Below are positions 17,101-29,100 of a stretch of 64,000 nt of DNA, in pieces. Origin of the DNA: Styela clava. Lineage: Eukaryota. Below the pieces are notes generated by a model. The model worked only from the letters and a program-made list of their open reading frames with translations, had not been told where the DNA came from and did no database searches. Position 1 is the stretch's first letter; each line of letters opens with the position of its first letter. The position numbers and the translations under genes are program-made. The DNA lies in NCBI RefSeq assembly GCF_964204865.1, contig NC_135259.1, forward strand, positions 14,074,001 to 14,138,000, read 5' to 3'.

Positions 17101-20100
17101 TTAAATCAATATAGCTGTTTGACATTAGGCCGACAGGTGAAAGTCTTCGTGTCTCTGTGTCGTCATCTAAACTTTCAATAACTAAAATTCCATGTTTGTA
17201 TCCTAGACATTTCCACGCTTGCCATCGCTGATTCAATGTACAGGTTGCATCACTTGTATTAGCTCTGTGGAATGGGAATATGTTATGAATGGAAATACTG
17301 CTTTTGTACGAACAACTACTAATTTGAAGCATCGTTCTTATAGATAAATTGGATTTGATGTTACCCGAAGCAAAAGAGCAACATTTACATTCAAAGAATA
17401 ACCTTTTTTAGTAATTCACAAGGGCACGAATGTGGCAATAAAAGCAAAAAGTTCTGTGAAAGTCTATCAGAAGTTGTTTTAACCTTAAAATTCCTTTGTT
17501 GGGTACGATTTCATCAACAGGTATTCTGCTGCCGTCCGACTTTGTTAACATAGTCTTTGGAATTCTATAATCACCAAGACCTCGTCGTGGGTCACCATCC
17601 CATTCGTACTCAGCCTATTAAAGTGATGAAAAAAAAAAGGAAAATCTTTGGCAAAATTAGCTGTAATAAGAATTTCTTATTGCCTGTTGAGAACAAATTA
17701 CCATTTTGATTGGATTTTTGGTCCTTAACATGTGTATATTGACTTATGGTATGAACTAGATTTTTTCAAATGGTGGAAGATTACAGAAAATGTAATTAAT
17801 TTATTCTATATTTGTATTGTTCCTATATTAGTCGCAGTTTTTCTCGTCGTATCTCTACAGAAAATGATCTTTCGAATTTCGATTCATATCTTCAAAATTA
17901 GTTTGTTAGGTACGTCTTTAATATAATTAAGGTTAAAGAAAGTATGAGTCTTTTATTGATTAGAATCAGTACGCTTTCAGATGTGACTAACCACAAAATC
18001 CTCAGGGTCAGATTCGGTGGCAGGGCTAGAGTTCGGTATGCGTGGATACATTCAAATCCTCAAAATCTTTATGATTAAATACAAACCGCACCTGTGGAAT
18101 AGCAGAACCTGGTGATCCAAGTAATGAACCATCTGTATCTTTAATGAGAGCTTTCTTCATTCCATCACACTCCATATCAACGCAATCAGATGGGTTTATG
18201 GCTCTTAATATAAAAAATTGAGAAATGATCATTTAAAACTGAAATTCGTGAGACCAAACTATAAACTGAACTATTAAAAGAAATCGAAAGATATCTTAAT
18301 CACTCTAAAATGTTAGTTTGGAATATTTTTGGGGGTGTTTCACAACTTGAATCGAGGCTATATTCCACCAGCCACTGATAGCCATAGGTAAGAATCTTCT
18401 ATTTTGGGAGTGAACGGAGTCTATCTGGTTCGTCATTGACTATACATAACACTCTTGTGTGGCATCTTTAACGACATCTTGCGACCTCACATAGTTATGT
18501 ACATTGCTCCAGAACTGAACCAAAAACATCGCGCTACTTTTTACATCATAAATAAATACCCACCCGATTGATGGCCGATGGATGAAAAGTCGTGAATCTT
18601 CAGGACTATTTACAAAATGTAGACCAGAAACAGATATTGGATGAAGAAAATCTTCAATTTTTAGATTTGTCATGATAGCAGAGTGGTCGGATGAGCATGT
18701 CGTTTCGCCGAAATTTACAAAAGTTAGATCTGAAAAAAGAATATACACCCTTACAAATACCGAGTTGTAATTTTGTCATTTGATAGAGAAATCTAGTTGT
18801 TAATAATGTCTTTCATACGAAGATATTATGGAAAAAAAAATGTTCTGCCGAATTTGTCGTGATTTGCATCACAGATAAAAAACGTCGTGTGTTTGGTAAC
18901 TTTCGCATCACAAAATAGTCTAACTGTCTCTCGTATCGTGTAAATACAACATACCTTTCAAAATAGTTTGGCCGCCTATTGCTGGATAAGACAACGATCC
19001 TACAAATGGTTTTGATGGAGCTGCATTTTGCCCAGAAATAAATATTGGCCACAACACTCCCGCTCTTGCCTTGTCATTAGCGCCAGTTCTTGGTTTTGCT
19101 CTTGCAAGCACAGAATTTTGCACGTAGTCCGTTGTAGTGGGAAGTGTAGGACAATAGTCTGAGTGAAAAAGAAATTGTAAAAATTTTGGTATTAAACTTA
19201 ACAGAGAAACAAAAACTCATTTCCGAAAGTGGCTATGTTATTTAAGAAATAGTAGTTGATTTATGTTGTGGTATAAACTGATATAACTAATCTGCGATGC
19301 AGAATTAGTCGCGACGCGAAGAACATCGACATTTAAATATCGGATGTTGTTATACAGATAAGAGATATACGAGAATATCGGTCGGAGATCGAAGACTTAT
19401 TGATCAAAACTGCGGTTTCGATTCATGACTCTATAGTGACACCGCGTGTCCCATCACTAATTAATTCATAACTCCTAATTATACGACATAATTCATCCAA
19501 AATCAATATGCTTCTGGTCCGCGATATGATGAATGCACATGCAATTTGGAGCAGATTCAACCTTGCCTTCTTGAGATATCGCGTTCATCTAACAGACAAA
19601 CAAACAGACAGACAAATACCTATCAACATACTTACCGATCTTAAGATCGATAAGTAATTACGAAGCAACAATTCTTATTTAAACCGAGCGTATACCAACA
19701 GAATTCCAAATCATGGTTTAATCAAAATTTTCACAATACCAGTTCAGAACATTTTTTCAATAAAACATTACCTGCTTTGCTGACTGCCACTATGGTTGAA
19801 CTTTCAAGGTGAACGTACTTATTTTGCATGGCATGACTTAGTGATGCTGGCCTGAAAAAATTAAATTCATGTTTGAAAGTTCAACAGCATATTTGGAAAT
19901 TTTTGTCAAGCTCCCAACCTTTTACACTCGTTGCACTTTTTCGCTATTAAGTTTTTGAACATTTTTTTTAGAGAATTCCTTTTATGTGATATTTATTTCA
20001 TCACGACATTAACTAGAATAACATCATGTTTCGCGTAACTCAATGTTTGGCAGGTAAATGTTTTTTTTCTTTTGCGTCAGTGGCCATTTGTACCGTCTAA

Positions 20101-23100
20101 GTGAGTTAGTTCTGAGCAAGCTGTGATCTTGCCTTGATCCAATATAAATAAAAGATTGGCCTGATTGTCCACTAAATTTGTGTATCGGGTCGAACTGTTC
20201 GATTCGGGTTCGGATTTATACAGGATTCAAATTATAGTTTGGCATCAGCAAACGAAATATGTTATCGGAATTTATTACAATCTAAAATGATGGACTTTTA
20301 AATTGTAAAGATAATTTATACGGACAACTTGTATAAATCACCAATAACCAATCATAAATATTTTAGAACTCTTACGCGTATACAATTGGTACAATTCCAA
20401 TCGGACTATCCGTGATGAGAAGTTCGCTCATCTTGACAGATCCACTCCCTTGGTAATATACAGCATAATCATAAGCAGAGTGAATATTGAATTTGCTGAT
20501 CAGAGAGCAGGAGGGAAATCCTGACAAAAAAAGAAAATATTTCTCATTGAGCACAAACCATTTCTAAACACTTGACAATGTCGCTAAGAGGCTATTGTTT
20601 CTGTCTAAGACAAACGAGTCTCGAAATTTCCTTTTTTTTGCTGGTTTACCTATTTTCACGGTCAACCTTCATACGACATTTTACGTAATAGTTAGTACAT
20701 TTCTTCAACATTTTTCAGACATTGCTTCATTTGTTGCAATTATCGGAACAAGATTCTTTTGAACACGACTCCAAAACATCAATAATTCACATAAGATCAC
20801 ACTCTTAAGAGACTGAACACTATTTGATTAAATGAGCTATTCGGTATGTCTTTCATTTATTGTGATGCGCAGTCTAGATCGACAGCTGAGCATTTAGTGC
20901 AGCATTCGACATCATTTACCCCATGATAGTAATTTTCATCATTTAATATGAATTATTTCAGATATCAGAATTATCACATACCATCTTTGTTCATCCATAT
21001 TCCTTGTAAACATGCTCGAGCTGTGTTCGTTCCCCAAGTTACACTGCCCGTTGTTGATGTGCTAAAAAGAATGGTAGATGAGTTAAATTGAAGTGTAGCA
21101 CGCTTTTTCAAGGTGGGTAAACAAGTTGAGATCTTAACGTTTCCAAAATCACATTTTTGAGGTAATATATAAGCTCCAAAGTATACATGCCAAATTTTTG
21201 GTTTTGGCCGTTCTAACTACTGTATCATATTTGGTACTCGACAATGGCATACCTTATTACAGGGTGGTTCAGATTCAAACCCAGGCCAATCAATCATTAT
21301 ATATTCGCCGTAACACTTGCTAGTATAGATAAACAATTGGTTTTATATGGAGTTAGTCTATCCTTTCCGGCGTCGCGAACTTTACTGGTTCCCGGCCGCA
21401 GTGGCGAACGTGCTGAGAGCCTGAGAAGCATCCAAGTTTGGCCTTATGACGTCACTTAAGCATTTATAATGCTGACGATACCCAAAGTAACTCACAAGAC
21501 TATGAGGTTTTCTTGAGCTGAGCTGTGAGGCAGGTAATCGCGTGGCAGAACTACTTTGTTATGCATTGTCTCTTTTTTGTAATTTGCAGTACAGAATTGA
21601 CAGTTGGAGTTTGGAGGGGAAATTAGTCAAATTGATTATCTCATGTCTAGATAGGCAGCTTAGCAAAATCTTTTCATTTGATTTGCTGCTTATACTTTCG
21701 GACCGGTAGCCTATCATGACAGTCCAAAAAGTGTGGTTATTTTCAGCGTTTAACTCACATACGGGCCAGCTAGCTAGCTAAGGTTATTGCCAATCCTATT
21801 TTATAACGATATTTGATATGGGATGAAAAATAGGCTACTTGTTTGTGGAAGACAGGTATTGTCCACAATGCTTGATATGTCGATGCAAAAAGAATACAAT
21901 CTAAAACGACATTACGAAACAAGCCATAAAAATCAGTATGAAAAATACGACGGAGCTGCAAGGGAAGTCGTTGACTTGAGAAGTAGATAGGACAAGCAAA
22001 TAATTTGTATCCATGCACGAAAATTACTTTTTCAGGCCAGAAGGCATTTTACGAAGTTTCTCTGATACCAGCAAAAAAATGGAAAAGCGTTCAGAAATTG
22101 TAAAAGAGTGCTCAATAAAGATGGCCCTTACTTTTGATGAAAAAAATTGGCAAAACAATTTGAAACTGTGCATCTCCCACACCAAAACGCTGCAAGAAGA
22201 GTAATGAAAATAAATGAACATGTGTTTGCAATAGTAGGGATTGTTCCACTCCACGGCACAGCAAGCGGTTCAGACGTTTATAACAGTTTCTTATTTCATG
22301 GTGGCTTTGGAAAGTACTCAAGTGTTGTGACAGATGGCGCTCCGGCGACGGTTGGGAAAAACTGAACTGGTTAGCCTGTTAAAATGATGGTGTGAATTGC
22401 CCAACTTTCCACTGTATTATCCACCAAGAAGTATTATACAAAAAAGTCTCGCATAGAAAGATAAATTTTATTCCTTGAAAAAACAATTTTACCCGAGGTC
22501 GGGATAAGACGGGTAGCTAGACACAGGACAGCAAATGTTCCGATTCCCGTCCGATAAACAACAGCGTAAAGAGTGGATCGTGAAGAGTCGGAGGGACAAA
22601 TGTTCACCATCGCGCATGCTGCATTTGGTTTTGTGGGCAACCTATTTGATGCCATAATGAGATGCAACCTATTTGATGCCATAATGGGATGTTTTTTCTA
22701 TTTATTAAACGACTTCAAATACTTTCCAGGCTGGCTCATTCGCACAGTTAGGGCTAGTTCACACTGGTGCGAAGGTTCACGTTGAGTTGCGAACATAATG
22801 CAACGTAATTGCGTTGAGGGTGCTTGTGGGCGGTTGGCAAGATGGGGTATAGAAATAACATAACGAAGAAAAAAAGCATAAATGAAGGTTGGCGAAGAAA
22901 AGGGGGTTGGGGGGTAAGTGTACTTTATGCTTACAGTCATGTGAAATCAAATATAACCTGAAATAGGACATCTGCTGACATATTAGTATTTTTATTCTAC
23001 AGTGAAAGAATGCAAGACAAGGTGGAGGTCATTAATAGATAGGAGGTATAGGAAAGAGAGAACGCGTTTGTAGATATAAAAAACAGTTTAGTTAGGGTTT

Positions 23101-26100
23101 TTGAACTCAAACAGCGAAAGCAGGATGTGGGATGTAGTTTTACGAATATACTATTCAATACCATCAATGTTCAATTTTTTCGTCTTCTTGGATGAAAACC
23201 TATTCTAATTAGTCGATTATATGTTTGATAGAGACATTTTAAAGACACGAAACTAGAAAATAACAGAAAAGATGGTAAAAAAAGTTAAAACCCGAAGCTG
23301 TGACTACAATTTTTGCGTTTTCTGGTCGTTCGAACTAGTTCGGAAAAAATATTCACAATAATAGTACGATTGTGACGTCACCGTAATTGGATCGATTCAA
23401 TTAGATCTGAAATATAAGAATCAGACACTTTCATATTTTGTGTCCTGCGTCTGGCCCTTATATAATATATGTACTTAAGCGCGAATACCGTTATGAGATT
23501 TAATGCTGAGGAAAGCGCTGGTTACTATAGTATTAACTGAGCTAAATCGCGACGAAGAAGCAGTGGTTGGAGAAGTTGGCGCAGATAACCTGGCTTACGA
23601 GAAAATGATTTCATCATGATATCTAACATTTAATCGGCAGAAATACTGGACATTGAAGCCATCTGGTTCCAAAGAGATGGAAAAACAGATTTATTCAAAT
23701 TTAACATTTTCTTCCGGAATATGGATACCCAACTATTTTAGCGTTGTAGGGAACGAGGAGACGGAGTGGAATAACAATAATAGTTCCGATTATACGATTC
23801 GGAGGCCGACAACTTTTGCAAAAATAACATAGACTCCACCGAAAAAGTCACCTCAGGAAGAGTAGGGCGACGATACAAAACAGCCCAATAAAAACAATGG
23901 CTTGATACTTTTAATGAAGCAGACGATGCCCACCATGTGGAAGTAGAAGTGTCCATGACCATCAAAAACATTTTAAAAGAAATGGAAGAATTGTCAATAG
24001 TGAATCAAACCTAATCAAGACGACTACTGAAGACATTAGCGGCAGTGTTTAACAGATTAAAAACGAGGTTGAGAACAATGGTGCTCAATCTCAAATGAAG
24101 CCATTGCAGTTGACGAAAAGAATGGCTTTTTCCGACAACTATCTAAATCTTATTTTATTAAAAAATTTAGAAAAAAGAAATAAACATGACACACGATTGA
24201 GCCTAAGCAACGTTACACCAAGGTTCCGAAACTTACAGAACATAAACAGGCGCTTTGTTCTCATTAGGATACTGTTTTTTTTTAAATTTCCTCACAAAAC
24301 AAATTGATGAAAGAGGACAAAACTGAATTGGGCTCGTTAGGGAATTTATCATGCTTTCTATATAGTTAATGAAATATATACCAGCGCCAAAGCTGTCCCG
24401 ATGTCTAAAACTGACAATTTTATGTGCCCTTGTCGTCACACATCACTCAGCCTCCATAGGAAAAGAATGGCAAGACCATGAAGAGAGTGGGGGAAAACTG
24501 AATGAACTTCATTGAGACAACTGTCCTTACTGTCGACCGGAAAACGGCGCAGTGGAGTTGTAAGCCAAGCTGTACGTATGGGAGCCTGAACAGAATATTT
24601 AAATACGGTTGTGACGTCACCATGTCTGGTCATTTCGTTCAGGTATAAAATATAACAAACAGAAACTTTCATATTCTGTGTCCTGGGCCTAGCCCATATA
24701 TACTACCGGTAGCCTATATGTAACTTACTGAAACGCGAATACTGTTATGAGATTTATTGCTTACGAGAGCACGGGTTTAATACTTCAACTACAGTATTAA
24801 CTGAGCTAAATTGCGACGAAGAAGCAGCGGTTGGAGAAGTCGGCGTAGATAACCTGGCTTATGAGAAAATGATTTCATCAGGATATCGAATATTTAATTA
24901 ACGGAAATACTGGACATTGAAGCAATCTGGTTCCAAAGAGATGGAAAAATAAATTTATTCAAATTTGACATTCGCTACCGGAAAATGGAGATCTAGCTAT
25001 TTTCGCGTTGAGGGGAACGCGGCAACGGAGTGGAATAACAGACTCGATTTGAAGTCAAATATAATCTGAAATATGACATCTCCTGAAATAGCAGTATTCT
25101 TATTTTAACAGTGAAAGGAAGCAAGACGAGGTGGAGGTAATTGAAGGACAGGTACATAAGAGAGAAAGCGTTTGAGAATAGTGGGTGGGTGGGTGTATAT
25201 AAAAAATATGGGGTTAGAGTTTCCGAACTCATACAGCGGAAGCAGGTGGGAAAAGCATAATCTCTATACCAATAGCCTAATGGCACTACAAAACAAACAA
25301 GGTTTGAAGGTGCGTCAACGCAATAGTGTGTGAACATATATATGTGAGCTCAATTTTTTCGTCTTCTTGGATGAAAACCTATTCTAACCTTGTATTCTAA
25401 ACCTATGCTTGTAGATTAGGTTTTTGATAGAGACATTTTGAAGACACAAAGCTAAAAAATAACTGGAGAGATGGTAACAAAAAGTTAAAAACCCGGAACT
25501 GTGCTTACAATTTTTGCGTTTACTAGTCGTTCGAACTCGGTTCGGAAATAAATTCCTATTCCATTTTGTGTTATTTAAATTATTTGGAATTTGTTAGTTA
25601 CTCGGCGATGTTCTACTTCATCAAAGTTACGGTTATGATTGATTATATTTCACGAGTGCATTTACGTTATCAAAATAGATGTGTGGGACCAGACAACAAT
25701 AATGGTTCCGATTATACGATTCAAAGGCCGGCACCTTGCATTTGAAACTAACAGAGACTCCACCGAAAAAAGACACATCAAAAAGACATGGGCGACGATA
25801 CAAAACAGTCTAATCAAATCAATGGGCTTGATACTGTTACTTAATTCGAAGCCCTATCAGTGTAAATTGACTTTCGAAATGAATTTATTAGAAGACAAAA
25901 TTGAATTGCTCGTAAAGGAATTTATCATGACTTCTAAAATCAAATCTAGAAGTTACAAGGAGTAATATTCAAAATATAATATCGATGTTCCCGAGCTGAA
26001 GCAATATTAATAATAAAACGACATCAGCAACCTGTACGCGTCCCCTTGTGTCTGTGCTAAAAGGCACGCCAAATTTGGGTCTATGAGATTATATGCTGAG

Positions 26101-29100
26101 TAGAGCACGAGTTAATACTTCAACTATAGTATTAAAGGATATATTGCGACGAAGAAGAAGTGGTTGGAGAAGTTGGCGTAGCTAACCCAGCATACGAAAA
26201 AAAGATTTTCACCAACTTTACATTCAGTTAATGGATAAATTTTCAGTCACATTCTCAATAATTTACAAATCAAAAATTGAGAAGGACCTGGAGTTACGCA
26301 ACGTTGCGGCAAAATATGATTCTGCTAGGCCTCTTGATAGGATTTCAAATTCACATCACATTCGAATAAAAAATCGCCAACCTTCACTGCGAATTCTGAC
26401 AAACCAAAAGTCTGTAAATTACAAAAACAGCGTTGAATCGGCAATTTGTGACCCTTGTAATTGGGTCACAGTCATTTATGACGTTGTTTGTCATCGGTGA
26501 AGTCATTGGTATTGCTGCGAGTCAGATAAAGGCCAATTACATGGAAAATTCAGGGGCCAATCGTTGCAAGTGACCAGACTGTCAAAACATGACGCCATCA
26601 ATTGCAAGCTATACTGTGCCGCAAGGAAGGTTATGAGAGTATTCACTATATTGTGAATAAATTAGTTATTTATGCTAAATTTGCTTTTTCAGAACAAAAT
26701 AAAGCCCTCACAATCGAAGAAAACATAATGCTCCCAGTTTATCCTGATAGGAGATCAAGAATATGACACACACACTTGTACCTAAGCAACGTCACGCCAA
26801 GGTGCCAAAACTTGCAGAGGATAAACAGGCGCTCTGTTCTCATTAACATAATTAAATAGGATACTGATTTTTTAAATTGCCTCTCAAAACAAATTTATCA
26901 AAAGAATACAAAATTGAACTGGGCTGGATAGGGAATTTATCATACTTTCTATAGTTAGGAAATATATATCAAGCGCCAAAGCTCTGACGGTGTATAAAAC
27001 TGACAATATTATGTGCCCTTGTCGTCACACATCACTCAGTCTCTACTGGAAAAGAATAGCGAGAAACTGGATGAACTTTATTGAGACAACTGTCCTTACA
27101 ATTTTCTGCTCTTAAAGAAGCGTAAAGGGTCTGCAGAGCCTGCGTTCAAAAATAGTTTTTTCTGTTGTTGTATGATCACTAACCAACCAAAAATAAACTA
27201 TGAAAGTTACAAGTGGCAATATCGAAGAAGGCTGGAACTGGAACAATATTAATCTGGTCGATTCTCAAGTTCAACACATCAAATGTTAATACAAAAGTAC
27301 TTTCTAGCAACTGTTTGGAACGGAACGTGACAAAAGCGGTGTGTTTCAAGAGGAAAACTCAAGATTCATGTTAACAATCATACAATAAGTAGTTAATAGA
27401 CAGACCACTGTTTCAGCATGTTCCGTCTGATTTTAGCTACAATTAAAGTAATTTAGTAAAATAACATAATGTTGAAACCATGGCGATTGATGTTTTATAA
27501 CCATAGTACAAATTGGTTTGCCTCGTAGTCAATCTTCATAACGTTAGGAAACGAAGCGGTACGACGTCTATTCAAGGTGATTCTAAAATCCACTATATTC
27601 AACTTTTTTAGGTTTTCTCCTTGAATGTCAATTTTTATATTGAAATTATAGAGATGGCCGAAAAACCGACGCTCTAGTTGCAATCTAAGCTGTACGTACG
27701 GTAGCCAGGGTTGCCAGATCCTAGCGATCAAAAAAAGCCAAATCAAGACACAAAAAAGCCAACAATTTTACTAAGTACAAAAGCCACATGATTTGTCAAA
27801 TTTTAAGCCCTTGACAACGTACTGATGATGATATAGAGCCATCAGTTTATTCAGTGAGGCACACAAATAGAAAGTAAAGTTCCTATAGAACTGTAGAAGG
27901 TGAAATAAATATCAAGCGGACTGAATTATCCTACCATTCAATATATACAATACAAGGTACCGCTTCAGTATGTAATATACCTACATCTTTCTACCTAAAC
28001 TTGTGATAAGCCTTGAAAAATTCTCCCTATATCGTATATAGAAAATTTTTTCACTTTTCAAATTTATAAACCATCAATTTTATTAAAAAATTATCTAACC
28101 CCGTGCCGCTCACAGGTGGACCACTGATTTCTAATTCAGTAATTTTAGCGTAGTTAATCACATCGTTCGTGAGACTAAATTTTGATTACTGCAATTGCAG
28201 AATTAAACTAAGGCTCACATATGGTATGGTTTATCAGGCATAATGAAAATTAAGTTATACAACTACTTTTTGGAAACAGAGCTAAAAACTGACAAATAAC
28301 ACGCAAAACTATAAAATCGAGGCAACAACCCTGCTTGAACATCTGTCTGAGCAGCTGCAGAAACTGCAACTATTTCTTATTGGGTATGGTTTTAAGAGTT
28401 AATGTAACAAACAAGGAAATCGATGCTCCAGAAAAGCAATGTTAAAGTAGCTAAGTACAGGTAATAGGCTATTGTTCAGTTGTTACACACTAAATATTGT
28501 ATTTCATATGATTTTAATATTAGACACTAGAATAGACTTAAAAAGCCAAACGGAAATTCTGACGCCAAACGCGCTTGAAAAAGCCAAAAATGGCAAATTT
28601 GGCGTTAAAAAAGCCAATATGGCAACCCTGACGGTAGCTTGAACAGAATAATTAAACTTAAGGGGTGGTACTGGTACGATTGTGACGTCACCGTGATTGG
28701 GTCGTTTAGTTGTACAAAAGAAGAATCAGGGCCTGGTCCATATATACTACCGGTATATGTACTTAAACGCGAATACTGATATGAAATTTAATGCTAAGCT
28801 AAATTGCAACGAAGAAGAAGAAGTGGTTGGAGGAGTTGTCGTAGCTAACCTTGCTTTCGAGCAAAAGTTTTTCACCGGGATAACATTCAACGGGTGGAAT
28901 AACTTTCTGGACATTGAAGCCATCTGATTCCAATCAGATGGAAAAATACATTTTATTAAATTAAACATTCTCAGGCTGGAAGATGGATTTCTTGCTATTT
29001 TCGCGTTGAGGGGGACGCAGTGACGGCGGGGGACAACAATAATGGTTCTGAATATACGATTCAACCTTGCCTTCAAAACTAACAGAGACTCCACTGAAAA

